A stretch of 64,000 bases of DNA. Origin: Carcharhinus amblyrhynchos (Eukaryota). Within the stretch, counting starts at the first letter, position 1. Each line of letters opens with the position of its first letter. The notes beneath the pieces are model-generated. The model was given only the letters and a program-made list of their open reading frames with translations, had not been told where the DNA came from and did no database searches. The translations under genes were made by a program, and so were the position numbers. Of this stretch, positions 27,601-41,968 are shown piece after piece. Location: assembly GCA_965287045.1 (NCBI GenBank), contig OZ336872.1, forward strand, positions 35,588,001-35,652,000, written 5' to 3'.

Positions 27601-28779
27601 AAAAAAACACCTTACATCCATTGTATGACAATGCCCTTAATCTTTTCTTGGTTGGGAAGCTAGGGCATAAGCTAGCAAGGAAATTTGCTCTCAGAGGACA
27701 GCTTCAAGAACATCAGAATTTTTAAGGGAAAGACTGCAAAGGCTTTGCTGAGGCAAAGAGATTAGAAATGCTGCAGGATAGTTAAACATCGCTTCGTTTA
27801 GGGCTATTAAGTTGGTTCATCAATGTGGGAAAAGGGAGGAGGGGTGACTATATTAATCAAAATATATTAAATTGAATATAAGAATGACATAATGGGATGC
27901 AAAAGCTGAGTTTATTCTGAGAGAATTAAAGAATAAGAAGGAACTGTAATTCACACTGGGAATTACAGACCACTGAATAGTGGAAATGATGCTTGTAAAG
28001 TGCTAGTTGTGTGTGACAAAATTAATAGAGTCCTTTGAAGAAATGATGAAGTGCATTTATAAAGGAAATGAAAAGGACATCCCACAAGTGGATTTCAAAA
28101 GGCACTTTATGAAGTGCAACATCAGAGGTTTGATAAAACAAGACATGTGGCCTTAAAGGGACACTGTACAAGAAGTTGACCGAACAACAGGAAACAACAT
28201 TTAAGCTTAAAAACATATTTATAGATGTTTGTATTTCTCATAGTAGCAGAAAGGTAATTATTGGTAATGATGCAATAAACCAGATGACAAATCCAAACTA
28301 AATTAGTCATAAGTCCAATGAAATCTAGAAATTAAATACAAAAGAATATCTACTCAATCAGAATCATCAAAACTGATTATACATGACCCGACAAATACCT
28401 AGTTGAATACTATGTCATTTCACATTCGTATCTGTACCTCTTGTGGGGTTAGTGAAAAAAAGAAATGAAATATTTATACAATTCTATGATACAAACTTTG
28501 AGATAATGCTTAATTGCTTCAAACCTTAATGAGAGTTGCATTGCTGAAATCAAATGTTAGCTAAGTTTATGGCTATGACACCTTGGTTGCCCTTCATTGC
28601 CACATTATTGTGTTTTTCTTCTGTTTTCATGGGTTTAAGCTGTCATGGATGCAGACATGTTATAGCAATTCCTTAAGACTTTTATTGGCAGCTTACTTAG
28701 CTGGAATTGCCAAATTTCACATTACTGATCTATATGACACTCATCTACCACAGAGCACTGCTTGTGTACTTCTCTCCAC

Positions 28780-28870
28780 TTTTTTTTTATTCATGGTACA
28801 TAGCGTTGCTGGCTGGCCATCATTTATTGTTTCATCCCTAGTTGCCCTCGAGAAGGTGGTGGTGAGTTTT
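28780..28870 (-). repeat. L2-type LINE 3'-end fragment (similar pieces near 26405, 29430, 62620)
   Basis: ttttttattcat...gctggctggcc..catttattg..catccctagttgccctcgagaaggtggtggtgag; shares its tail with the DeuSINE at 57060. Confidence 0.6.
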
Positions 28871-29021
28871 CTTTGTGTCATGAGAAAAAGAGCTGCTGAT
28901 TATTACATCCTGCTTTTATCTTGAGACAAAGTGACGTATAAATCTAAGTAGAAAGAACTGCCATTACATTGCGCTCCCAGCATCAGAGAAACTTTCAATA
29001 AACTGCAAGTGAAGAAGGTTC

Positions 29022-29190
29022 AGAGAATCCCTATAATGCAGAAGGAGGCCATTCAGCCCATCAAGTCTGCACCTACAACAGTTCCACCCAGGCCCTATCC
29101 CCATAGCCCTGTGTACATACCCTGCTAATTGCCCTGACACTAAGGGGCAATTTAGCATGACAAATCCACCCAATCTGCACATTTTTGGAG
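29022..29190 (-). mobile_element. Truncated V-SINE (3' half)
   Basis: agaatccctataatgcagaaggaggccattcagcc...gacactaaggggcaatttagcatg. Confidence 0.85.
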
Positions 29191-29646
29191 TTGCATGCCA
29201 CAATATATAAAGTAATACTAATGATCAGCTACTGATGTAACAGAGAAGGACCTCTAGAAAAAATGAGAGAACTCCAGGACGTTCCAAAGAAAATTTCAAT
29301 AACAGAAATGATCCTTGACATAATTATTTGGAACCTGGCATAATCATTTGATCTATATTAACTAATGTTTGGAGTGATAAGTCATTTATTGACAGGACTG
29401 ATAAGCAAGTCAGCACTTTTTAAAACTTCTTTCATTGGATGTGGGTATCACATCACTGGCAAGGCTAACAACTGTTGCCCATCTCTATTGCCCTTGAGAA
29501 GGTGGTTATGCACTGTCTTCTTCAACCGCTGCCATCCACTTGGTGCAGGTACACCTGTGCTGTTGGGAATAGAGTTCCAGGATATTGATCCAGGGCTTTG
29601 ATGGATAGCGATATTAATTCTCAATAGGTGTATTTTAGTGCACTAA

Positions 29647-29968
29647 TCATAAAATCCCTAGAGTGCAGGAAGAGGCTATTTGGTCCAATGAGCCTGCACT
29701 GACAACAATTCCACCCAGCCCTATCCCCATAACACCACTTATTTACTCCATTAATCCTCCTGACAATAAGGAGCAATTTAGCACAGACAATCCACCTAAC
29801 CCATACATCTTTGGACTGTCGAAGGAAACTGGAGCATCTGGAGAAAACCAAGCAGACACGTAGTGAAAGTGCAAACTTCACACAGACAGCCACCCAAGGC
29901 TGGAATAGAACAAAGATCGCTGGCGCTGTGAGGCATCAGCGCTAATCAGTGTGCCAACATGACACCCA
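29647..29968 (-). mobile_element. V-SINE (HE1-like), full length
   Basis: Tail, V-domain and tRNA head (gctgtgaggcatcagcgctaatcagtgtgcca) in reverse orientation. Confidence 0.9.
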
Positions 29969-30641
29969 ACATTAATGTTAATGATGGCAGTCGAAGATGA
30001 ACACCTTATACAGAATGGCAGGTTCACTCATTTTAATTTTATCCTAGTTACCTGGTGAAAAACAGAACATGAATGAAAAGAGGTGGGTGGGCAAGAAAAG
30101 TTCAGACGATTCCAGGTGTGCCACAGACAAGAATCTCTATACTAACAATGGCATAAACAGAAACCTGAGGACATCTATCCTTACAACTCTATCAAGAGAC
30201 AAATGAGAGATTGCAACATGAGAAGGTGCATGAAAAGGAGGCATGACAGTGAAGATGGATATTGTATTTATCCAGTTTTAATAAAGTTTAAATTTAAAAT
30301 ATACATCTTGTAAAATTACACTTAGCACATCAGATCTATAAGTTTCAAGTATCAGTTCAAAGGTATCCCCGATGCAGTCTACTTTTTTTTTGCCTTTTAA
30401 TGGTTGGTAATAAGGTAGCATGGGGCAACTCACATTAGGCAGGTGTATCCTGCATATGTAAATCTCACTTTCATTCCCATTACAGGCAATTTTAAATGGG
30501 GTGTGAAGTTGAGTGGATTGCAAGTCACATGCAGAAGACCTGACATTACTGGTTCCATTGTGGGACTGAAGTCAGGCTAGCTTCTGAAGGCAATGTGGTT
30601 CATGCCAGTTCAGAGGTGTTGTGAACAATGGGGGAACACTG

Positions 30642-31015
30642 GGGGCAGAATTCTCCTAAAAAAATTCTAAGTGTCGAATTCATGTAAAAACTGGAGTAAC
30701 TCACATTGTTTTTTTCAGTTCAGAGAAGAATCTCCCACACACTGTGCATTGCAGAGCCACCAGTGTGAATATCATTAAGTTTCAGGGGGTGGGGCCTAGT
30801 CCTGCTGAAATCAGTGCACTGAGCAAGCCATTGCGCATGCATCGATCCATCAGTGCCAAGACTTGCGCGTGCGCAGTGGTCCCGCACTAAAAGCCTTCCG
30901 ATTGCTGGTCCCGATCCCCCACATTGCCAGCACTCTGCCCCCCACCCCACGGCCTGATCACTGGCTCCCCGACCATTCCTAGATCCAGCCACAAACATCT
31001 CCCCTCCCAGCCCAC
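30642..31015 (+). mobile_element. End fragment of a non-autonomous DNA transposon (Harbinger-like); same family as 58731-59310 in opposite orientation
   Basis: ggggcagaattctcc...aagtgtcgaattcatgtaaaaactggagtaa matches the reverse complement of ttactccagttttcacgcgaattcaacactttgggagaagtccacccc. Confidence 0.65.
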
Positions 31016-31699
31016 CTGATTAATGTATTCAGCTCTGAAAGTTTGTTTATATAGCTGTACAATGGAATCCCATTATCAATACTTGGCTGTGTTCCAAACC
31101 TCATTAATTAATTCATCTCAACAAGGGTTATTGATGCAGCTACTGAGTTGTCTGAGTGTTTTATTTTGACTGATGTATGATCACTTAAGAGGATAATGTT
31201 TTTAGAAGTAGCTTTTGGATGACTATTTGTGCACCTTGACTGTTTTATGACCAATAAGGTGATGCATTTTTAAAGTGGATTTTGAATGACTGTTTGTTTA
31301 TCCTAACAGTTTTATGAGCATCCCAAATATGTCCCAATATTATTGTAGGGCTCAAGAATCAGGGGGCTTTATACTCGTCAACAGAACTGGGCTGATGTTC
31401 AAGTGAACAGAGACGGGTATTCATCTTGCCATCCACCGACCTCAGTTCTGCTTCAGGAGGTGGTGGCCCCAGCTCCAGCCACTCCTAACTCTGCGGAATG
31501 AAAATATGATGAGCAGGCATGCCCACTCGGGGTGAAATAGCAATGTCAGGTATTGGTTTGACTCCTGATTCTCACCCCAAAGAGGAAAATGTGGTCCATG
31601 GTGCCCGTATTTAAGGGGAGGAATAAATTTGTTCTAGGTAACAGAAAGTCCATTAACTATACAATCATACCAGATAAATTATCGGAACTAAACTAAGTA

Positions 31700-32830
31700 A
31701 CAGGCTGAAGAAGCAGCTGTATAACAATAAACTTGGGCATATTACCAATAAATCAGATGGTGTACTTCACTGTGATATAGTTTATTTAGAATTCCAGAAT
31801 GTCCATGAGGAAGTCCGACATGTCAGACGATAGCTAAGTTCACAAAAATCCAGATAGGACATGGAGATAAGTCATTACTTTTATGAATATTAAACAGAGC
31901 TTGTGACAGGTGTCAAGCAGAATATAGAATGGCTCGATTCTTGGACCCATATTATTTCTCATATAGTAGTAGACGTGGCAATATCTTGGGTAGGGAAAAT
32001 GTTCTTAAGCCGTTTGAACTTGGGAGGTGATTTTAAAATTAGTATAGTAGGGCAGGGTTAAAGCTTTGCAGAGAATCCGGATATGTCATCATATTGGATT
32101 ACTACACAATATATTTTCTCAGTTTCAATACTATTGGCCTCTGCGATAAGCTGAGGGTGCATTAGTCCAATATCAAGGCAAATAAGATGATCCAGGAATC
32201 CTACCAGACAACTTCTGCTCTGTATACAAGCTGCTGAGCATATATGTGCTACTATATTGCAGACTGAATAATCACTCTTACCAAACTGGGACACAGGCTT
32301 TGAACTAACAAGTGGTCTTATTTACATGAAACAGATGAACAAACAGTAAACATTGTTACAGAGTGAGATGTAAATAATCAAGATGCTATTTTGTTCCTAA
32401 TTGAACAGATCTCTTTTATCAAGTAACAAGAACCCATTTGCTCCCCTCACAAAATAGATTATGGAATGGTCCTGGGAAAGGTTTAGAGGAAAGCTATGTT
32501 AATGATTGTGTGGTTAAAGAACTGTACTTAGATAGGTTTAAGAAGCTTTCAGAATAGAGTAGATAGAGTTTACTAAATGAAAGGCTAGATCATGTGCCTA
32601 CTGAAAAGATTATTCCATTTTAACACATTGATGAGGGACAAAGGGGCAAGAGCTTAAACTAAGCAAAAGTAAATATTAAAAGAAATAGGCAGGATGTCAG
32701 ATAGTCCCTCCCTTTCCCAGAGAATAATGAGCTTTTGGCTGGTGCAGTGGGTGCTGATACTGTACATCTCTTCTAAAGGGAGATGGACCAGTTTTTGACT
32801 GGGCCTTAGATTGTGTCATATGGAAGGTAA
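31700..32830 (+). mobile_element. Old, heavily decayed CR1-like fragments
   Basis: Residual motifs gatatagtttatttagaattccagaa (DIVYLEFQ) and gatgagggacaaaggggca (TRGH-like); no intact frame. Confidence 0.45.
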
Positions 32831-34379
32831 TGAACTAACAAATAACACCTGGTCAACTTGATCTCCAGATCACTTTAGGAACTTGAGAGAAATTTTCCAG
32901 GTTATTTTTCCTTCATTAACCCACAGATTTCATTCTGTCTTTTGCCTCTCCCAATCTGTGCCAATGTTAAGAAGATTGATGTGAGGCAATAGGAGTGGGG
33001 AGGGGCATGAAGTGTCCAGTCATGGTACGTTAGCTATCATGAGTGTTGGGCAGACTCAGTGGACCAGCTGCTCTTTTCCTGCCTGTCACTTTGAACGTCA
33101 GTGCTTTCCACATTCTCATGGAATTGCACATGCAGGTAGAACTGAGGAAAATGTTATACCATCCAACATTATGTGACCATCAGTCAATTGAACTAAATAT
33201 CAATTGTAACTTTACTTTTGCCACAGTGGTGCTGTAGAAATGCACTCATGGGAAACTGTGGACATCTCATTAAATGTCAAGTAAAAGTAAGTCTATTATG
33301 TTCACTGGAGATACACCTTTCTGTTTATTACAGAGTTAAGATAGTTCCACTCCTATCCTCCGTTTTGTTTACCAGCACTTTCATTTCATGGCAATATTGG
33401 CCCTGACACTCTGCTTCTGTTCCCCCAGCAGTTTTTAAAAAGTTTCTTTGGATGCTGGACTGGCTGGTTGCTTCACTGCCCTCACATGATTGTTCACTAT
33501 GTGCCAACTCCATTGGCTTTGAGCATTGTAACTCTGTCTCTTGCCTTCAGTGCCTATGATAGCCCTATGGTAACCAGAGGGAGTACACCTTGTCAACTTT
33601 GCATTTAATTTTCCCTAGAGAAGCCTCCATCATTAATTTGTTTCATTCAATAAGACCCAGTTCTTTAACTAATACTGGTGATAGCCAAATGTCTATTCAA
33701 TTTATTAAACCCACAACTCTAATTAACATTCTCCGCAATTTGTTCAGATTATGCTGCTCACCCCAGCCCCAACATTTCCATTTTAAGTTGCTCCACTTGA
33801 AGTTTTTAACATCATCTTTGTTTTAGGTCTGTTTCCCTGAATTAAGTTGAGATTTGCACTTCAACATCTTTTTGCGCATTGTTTAGTGTCATCATCGTAG
33901 ATGCTGCATGTCAATGCTATTTGTTTACATTGCACATGAATTATTACATCCCTTTTCATTTGCATGCATATCATTGCCGCCTGTCATGATAGCGCAGTGC
34001 ACATCATCACACCCTTCATGTAATGTCAGGTCCAGATTGGCACCATTGTTGAGTCAGTTATTTGCACTGTATTTGAGGCAAAAACAATTTTAAACAAAAA
34101 ACCCAGAGGCATCCAAAGTCAGAGTCGTTTTCATTCCCAAGCAAAAAGCTAGATTTAAATTTGATTTAAGTTTTAGAGTTCCCGGAGTGCTTGCTGCGGA
34201 TGAGACTTTTAAATCACTTTTAAACGTGAGACAAAAACGAGTGGTAAGTAGTGATAGTTTGCCTGGTGCTGCAAAGAATGGAATAATAATCACTAGCAGT
34301 GAAATTGGATGTGTTAAAATGTCTTGAGGCTGTAGAATGAGCAGTAAATATTGCTTGAGTACTTGGGCTATCATCTATG

Positions 34380-35873
34380 TCAGTGAGAACAATCTTTAGC
34401 AATATCTACAAAATCAAACAAAGTACACAATTATGACACATCTTTAAGCGCTAGCAAGGTGAGTTGGACTAGAAGCAGCACAGTGGAGAACATGAAAAAG
34501 CTTCTGGCAGTCTAGATCAAAGATCAGAACAGCGCTAGGTGCCTTAGTTGGATGGTCATGCAAGAAAAAGCCAAAAGAACGTATGAAATCTTACAGAAAG
34601 ATCAAGGAGAAAGTTCTCAGTCAGAAAGCTTCAATGCTAGTCATGGATGGTTCGAGTTTTTCAGCTGGTGTTCCTATCTGCACAACATTAACATTTCTGG
34701 AGGAGCAGTTTATACAGAGGCAGCTAATGCATATCCTGTCCATTTGAACAGAGTCATTCAAGAAAATGGCGACACAAGTTTTTAAAGTTGATGTGATTGG
34801 GTACTTTTGGAATTGCATGCCACAGATAACATATATTTCAAAACAGGAGAAGACAATGCCAGAACTTAAAACTGCCAAAGATGATCTGAATGTTCCATCT
34901 GGTGGAATTGCTGCAGGAGATTTTAAATTTAAACCCTACTGGCATACCACTAATCTGAGACACACGGACATTGAGGGTTTATTCCAAGGAACATCTGTGT
35001 GATATTTAATGTTCAAACAAGAAAGCCTGGATGCTGGAGCTCTCTTTCAAGAATGGTTTCTCTCTGTGTGCCATCCCTGCCTGGAGGCCTTCAAGATATT
35101 GCTCCTCTTGGATAATTACCCAGATCATCCTGTCAGCCTTGATGAATTGTTTGAAAATGTAAAGGTGATGTTCCTGTCACCCACCACAGCTTCATTACTA
35201 TAGCCCTTGAATCAGGGAGCAATTGCAGCATTCAAGGCTTACAAGCTACACTGTGACCTCTTCTGGCTCATCAAGTCAGCAAATGATGAGAATGTGCCAT
35301 CAGGCAGGGAATTTTGGTGTGGCTATAGTGTCCTCAAGGGAAGCAACAATACTGCTGATTCATGGAATGAAAAGTCATTGTGTTTGAATGACACGTAACA
35401 GAAATTGTGGCCCAAGTGTGCCAGTAGCTAAGGAGAATCTCATGATGCTGTCTCTGATATTCAGTGTGAAATTATCACCTTGAGAGGGAGGCTGGCTTTA
35501 ATGAAGTTGGTGATGCTGACTTCGTGGAATTTTTTGCATCCCATGTAGTGGAATTATCCAATGAAGACTTGATGCAGCGAGAGAGTCAACAAGGCGATGA
35601 GGAAGATCACATTGTAACATCACCGCCTTGAATTTTGTCAAGAAGATGACTGTCAAAAGCTTTCCAGCTCATTGAAGAAGCAGTGGAAATCATCATGGCA
35701 GAGACTCAAACAGAATGCTGTGCCAAAATGAACAAGGGAATCAATAATTTAATTGACTGATAGAGAGAGATCTACCTAGAGAGGCAAAAGAAAACCATTC
35801 AATTGTCATTCAGTAAGTATTTTAAGGTTGCTGATGATCCTGGCTCTTCATTCCACTTACTCCACCAGGACCT
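34380..35873 (+). mobile_element. Decayed Tigger/pogo (TIGD1-like) DDE transposase relic
   Basis: FNASHGWF, QVFKVDVIGYFWNCMPQITYISKQEK, GDFKFKP and ILLLLDNYPDHP...VMFLSPTTASLL*PLNQGAIAAFKAY in shifting frames. Confidence 0.88.
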
Positions 35874-37840
35874 TGGGCGATTAGAAGATTGGGAAAGATT
35901 TAAAAATCAACAAAGAATGACTAAGAAGGTGATAAAGAAAGGAAAGATAGAGTATGAAGCTAAACTAGCACTAAATGTAAAAAATGACAGTAAAAGCTTT
36001 TACAAATATATAAAGAAGAAGAGGCTGGCTAGAGTGAATTGAATGTTGGACCCTTGGAGGATGAGAGGGGGGATTTAGCGGTGGGCGATGACGAAATGGC
36101 GGAGGCTTTAAATAAGTTTTTTGCCTCGGTCTTCACGGAGGAGGACACGAATAGTTTGCCGGATATTAAAGATAGAAGGATGGTAGAAGATGAGGGCCTA
36201 AATGCGATTACTGTCACTAGAGAGGTAGTGCTTGATAGACTAATGAGACTGAAAGTGGACAAGTCCCCAGGACCAGACGGAATGTATCCCAGGGTGCTAA
36301 AAGGAATGGCAGAGGTGTTAGTGGATGCCTTAGTAATTATTTATCAAAATTCGCTGGACTCTGGGGAAGTGCCGGAAGATTGGAAAATGGCTAATGTTAC
36401 ACCGCTGTTTAAAAAAGATAGCAGACAAAAGGCAGGGAATTATAGACCTGTTAGTTTAATGTCTGTAGTTGGAAAAATGCTTGAATCCGTCATCAAAGAA
36501 GAAATAGCGAGGCACCTAGAAAAGAATGGTTTGATCGAGCAGACGCAGCATGGATTTGTTAAGGGGAAATCGTGTTTGACGAATTTATTGGATTTCTACG
36601 AGGATGTGACTAGCACAGTAGACAGAGGGGAACCGGTGAATGTGTTTTCAGATTTCCAAAAGGCATTTGATAAGGTGCCTCACAAAAGCTTGCTCCAGAA
36701 GGTTAGGGAGCATGGAGTTGGGGGTAAGGTGTTAGTGTGGATAGAGGATTGGCTGTCTAATAGGAAGCAAAGAGTTGGTATCAATGGGTGCTATTCTGGC
36801 TGGCGGTTGGTGACTAGTGGAGTGCCGCAGGGATTGGTGCTGGGGCCTCAACTGTTTACCATTTATATAGATGATCTGGAGGAGGAGGCTGAGTGTAGGG
36901 TGACGAAATTTGCTGATGACACAAAGATGAGTGGAAAAGCAAATTGCATGGTGGGTGTGCGAAGTCTGCAGAGAGATCTGGATAGGCTGAGCGAGTGGGC
37001 GAGGACCTGGCAGATGGAGTATAACGTTAGCAAGTGTGAGGTTATCCACTTTGGCAGAAATAGTAGTAGGAGGATTATTATTTAAAAGGTGAAAAGCTGC
37101 AGCATGCTACGGTGCAGAGGGACCTGGGGGTACTTGTGCATGAGTCGCAAAAACCCAGTCTGCAAGTGCAGCAGGTGATCAAGAAAGCGAATGGAATGTT
37201 GGCTTTTATAGCGAGGGGGATAGAATATAAAAGTAGGGAGGTCTTGCTGCAACTGTACAGGGTACTGGTGAGGCCGCAGTTGGAGTACTGTGTGCAGTTT
37301 TGGTCGCCGCACTTGCGCAAGGATATATTGGCCTTGGAGGGAGTGCACAGGAGGTTCACTAGGCTGATACCGGAAATGCGGGGGTTGGCCTATGAAGACA
37401 GACTAAATAGACTGGGTCTGTACTCATTGGAGTTTAGAAGGATGAGGGGGGATCTTATAGAGACGTATGAGATAATGAAGGGGATGGATAGTGTAGAGGT
37501 AGAGAGATTCTTTCCATTTAGAAATGATAGCAGGACTAGAGGACACAGCCTCAAGATAAGGAGGGGGCAGTTTAGATCAGAGTTGAGGAGGAACTTCAAA
37601 GGGTGGTGAATCTCTGGAATTCTCTGCCCATTGAAGTGGTGGAGGCTACCTTGCTAAATATATTTAAGTCACGGGTAGGTAGGTTTCTGATAGACAGGGG
37701 AATTAAGCGTTATGGGGAGAAAGCGGGAAAGTGGAACTGATCCACTTCAGATCAGCTGTGATCTTATTGAATGGCGGGGGAGGCTCGAAGGGCTAGTTGG
37801 CCTACTCCTGCTCCTATTTCTTATGTTCTTATGTTCATAT
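35874..37840 (+). mobile_element. 5'-truncated CR1 LINE, related to the copy at 14231, inserted at the end of the Tigger relic
   Basis: ORFs 36039-37085 and 37112-37609 with RT motifs (KFADDTK); ttcttatg tail; gacct on both flanks (35869-35873, 37841-37845). Confidence 0.97.
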
Positions 37841-39479
37841 GACCTGGCTGCTGCATGCCACCTTCAATTCAAAACCAAAATCATTCCAACTTTAGTCATT
37901 GAGCTTCAATGGAAGCAAATCATCCCCAAACTCGAGAGATTGCCTGAGAAGAGATAGAGACCAGTGGGTGTTATCTAATTACAATTTATATACTTCTAAG
38001 CATATCCCACCCTCTCCACACCTTGATTCACCTCCCTACATCTTCTTCCATCCTTTTTCCCTGCTCTTCACTCCTTAAATTACTTGTGTTACAAGTTCAG
38101 TGTAGCTATCATTCTTAAATACAACCCTGATAATATCCTTTGGTGACCTTCAATTCTTTTCCCTAACTTGCACCCCACAGGATATCTTAAGTCATTTTAT
38201 CCTAGCTTTGACTTATATTTCACTCCAAATTTTTCACTTTCCTTACTCTTATAGTCTCTGCCCTCCCAGCCCTAACTGCCTCCACATTTTCGCTCCTGCC
38301 CTTATACTTTCCCCCTTTGCACATTGCAGTCCAACTTCACCTCTAGTATGATTATTCTCTGCCTTTAACTCCCCTTAACTTGAAAACTGTACATAAGCTC
38401 CACTACAAGACTGAATTTTGTCTTTTGGTGCATTGTCAACAGAGTTCATCGGTCAGCCACTCATCCCAGTGAAGAGATAGCTATGATTTGGTGGTACTAG
38501 CTCCATTTATATTGAATTAGCTGATTCTCCAGAAGTGACATCACAAGTCCCTAATGTGGGAAACAGGCAGACAAGAAGCAGCCATGTAAGAGAAGACACA
38601 TCTGTAAATAAAGCTCAATGTTTTGAATCCTCTGGGCTCTCTAGTGTCATTGTCCAATGCACACAGAGATAAGTTAAGGTTAGCCTCACAACAATCAACA
38701 CCACAAGAGATCAACTAATACTTTCTTCAGATAGGCTGGGATTCTCTGCCTCTGTTTGCAGCAGGTGGGAAAGCTGTTGTGGCTGAGAATCCAATGGGAG
38801 CCCTCAAAATGCTAACAGGATTTCCTATTCAGATTGTCTTTGCCACTCCTCTCTTCATCAACGATGCAATGTGATTCCCACCACGAAAGGGCAGGAACCC
38901 CATTACCATACATCAACATTTCATTAGTGGGCTTCACCATTGTATTATCACTTCATGTTAAACCATTCCCCACCCCAGCCAGCATTATATCACATTGACG
39001 GGGTTTGCAACAGGACCTGGCAAATGGTCCCTGCTGGGAGGTGGAGCCTCAGGGGATTATACTTGGGCAATACCATGGCACTCTGCCCAACACTGCCTTC
39101 ACTCCCGGGCATTGCTCGAGACAGCAGGCTTCCACTGGGGATAATTCAAGGTATGTGGGGGGATCCCATGTCCAAGGTGGGGGTTGGGTGTGCGGTCATG
39201 GGCACGTTTTTTGATCAGGGCGCCATTTTCCAATCTTTCGCAATCTCTCATTGATCGCAGTTGATTATGGACATGGCCCTTAACTCCATGCACCAACACC
39301 GCTCCCCCACTCCCCCACCCCCCCCCACCCCCCCACCACCCAACCCCAAGTGTTCGAAAATATAGCAGAAAAAAATTTTAAAAAAAGACAATTGGTAGAC
39401 GTATCCCTACCTTTCCCACCTGGGACAGCACTTGGGGGAAAAAAAATTGAGAAAATTCCATCCACAGTGATAAACCAGT

Positions 39480-39606
39480 TTTTTTAATTCATTCGTGGGA
39501 CATGGGCATCGCTGGCTGGTCAGTATTTATTGTCCATCCCTAATTATCTTTGAACTGAGTGTCTCACTCAGCTATTTCAGAGGGCAGTTGAGAGTTAGCC
39601 ACAATG
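39480..39606 (-). repeat. Partial SacSINE1-like DeuSINE (tail and part of body)
   Basis: Matches 57060-57160 (gagggcagttgagag..agccaca). Confidence 0.65.
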
Positions 39607-40699
39607 AAGAGCTTTTTCTAATGGTTCACCTTATACTACAGAAATGCAGGAATTAATCAAGGATAATCAACTTCTATTCTAAGGAAATTTGTGTTTTACA
39701 AATTTAGTAGAATTTTTGAAGCGATGACAAATTGGTTGGGTAATAGAAATAAACTAAATTTAGTGTACATGGATTTTCTAGAATCATGCATTAAGGCATC
39801 TCCCAAGGTAGAAATATTTAGCCATATGGCTGTACAAGGGAAAAATAGTGGCATGGATAAAAAGTTGATTGATGGACAGGAAACAAATGCTTTAAAGAAA
39901 CTGAACTTTAAAATTTCAGTAGAGGTCAAGTAACGTTTGAGAAAATCACATTGCTCGGCTTAAACTGGGATAGAAGGAAGAGAGAAATTGTTACCCATGC
40001 CTATAGGCACATATAGATTTGCAGACTCAGCGGTTAGGTGCAAGATATCAGTAATTAATTGCAAGATGTTGAACAATATGAATAAATCCTGGAGGTTCAA
40101 TAAACTAAATCTATGCGAGTACAATAGGTAAAGTCATAAAAATATGGCAATATTTTGGATTTTACAACAAGGATTATGTCAGAGGTTAAGAATACAGTGT
40201 TTCAATTTTACTGATTAGACCAATCTTGCACACAGTTGTGATTACCACATTTCAGAAGGTCAATATTTGCATTTGAGAGTGTGCAGATTATTAGAGCTTA
40301 ACAGTCTGCTCGCTGAGCTAGTGAAATCAACATCTTATAAGGTACGAGGAGTATTAAATGTCATTGTATTAAATCAATTATTACTGAATTAAACTGGTCT
40401 CCATTGGTCAAATGGATCCATTTTCAAATCCTGATTTTTATGTCCAAATCTTTCCATGACCTTTAACCCATTTTTGAAATCTACTCCAGCAGCATGTTAA
40501 TGTACCTATCACCCACTTTACTTCTACTGGACTGCTTCAGATTCCTGCTTTCAATGCTCCACTACTGGCAGCCACTGGTCATCATGCCCCATTCTCTTTC
40601 TAAAATCCTTCCAGAAGTTTTAAAACTTCAATCTCAGAATATGCTCGTCTCTTCTTAGTCATGATTCATTTTGGCTCTGGCTTGGTCCTGACTTTTCCT

Positions 40700-41060
40700 G
40701 GAAAGCACTACAAAGAATTATATATTTCAGATGGCTGGAGAAGCAGTGTGAATGGTTGAGATGCCAACAGGATTGGATTTCTCAGTATGTTTGCGATGGT
40801 CTGACTTGGATGGCCACAATCACAATTTGAGTTGTTCCTCATGTTCCACTTGTGAAACAAGTGGACACATCTTCCCTGGCCAGTCCTCAGATGATTGAAG
40901 ATCATCCAGATTTTCCATGAATGGTTGAAAACTGGGACTTCACCATTCAGCCCACTTACCAGGTTGTGGTTGGTGATACATGTAGTCAACCAGGAGGTGC
41001 ACCACTGAGGGGAGGTGCTGCCAGCTGTCAGTTTGTAGGATCTGGATTGTTTTCAGCGGG
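40700..41060 (-). mobile_element. LINE ORF2 C-terminal fragment, Vingi/Ingi-like
   Basis: WMIFNHLRTGQGRCVHLFHKWNMRNNSNCDCGHPSQTIANIL resembles the LNRLRTG...KW...CDCG..QT..H zinc-knuckle region. Confidence 0.6.
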
Positions 41061-41968
41061 AGCTATGGGATTTCATATGGATGTTGAAAGGGGTATTTAA
41101 TGCTATAAATAGAAGTTTATAAGATTGTTGTGTTTTGGGCTGTTTCTTTAATTTAAGGTGAAATGGAGAAATGAAAGGGACCATGTGACCTGCTTGAAAT
41201 TCTGCCTGACAACAAACCTGGGTGGCTTGGTTGTTATGGTGACAAGAGAGGGGCATGGATTGATTTAATGGGAAGAAGGTGCAAGATGTTCATACCTGTG
41301 GACAAAGACAAGAGCAGCTATTCTGACAGTGGGTAGACTGGTCATCTCTACATCTCACAGGAAGGTGTTAGGATGTCAGCCTTTATAAACAGTTATACTT
41401 TAACTGTCAGTTTAATTCTAAGACAGAATGGAGTTGTGGGTCTAGAAGATAGCAGATCAGCATTTCTATCTGGATGTAAGGACCATATGATTCATGTTGC
41501 CATAGAGATGGATGTTGGGAAGGGAAAGGTCCATAGAAAGTTTCAAGATTTCTAAGGTATCACTGAACTTCACAGATACAAGTCAGAATGCAAGAATCTG
41601 AGGAGCTGAGAGCAAGAGACAGAGACAGCAAGTCCTGCACCCGAAACAGTGAAAAGGAAAAGAAATGAAGCAAGCTATCAAGAGCTAAGAATAATATTGG
41701 ACTGGTTTTGGGAGAATAATGTCCACTTAAAGGATGCATAAAGTTTGCTATGCATGGAATTTTTGGTAGCATTAAAAGTTAAGTGGGGGAATTTTTGGTC
41801 TGCAATTTACAAGTTGTCTATGAATAGTTGCCTACTGAATACGATATGACCTTTGGTTTGTTAGTTACAATAAAAGTCTTAAAACTTGAAATTTTGTGTG
41901 ATCCTTTCAGTTGGTCACTGGAAATTCAAATCCTTTTAAAGTGATCAGTCTCCACATGGATCGTAACA
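41061..41968 (+). mobile_element. Possible old solo LTR
   Basis: Ends with aataaa about 100 bp before a tcgtaaca terminus; 5' TG end degenerate and no TSD seen. Confidence 0.35.
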
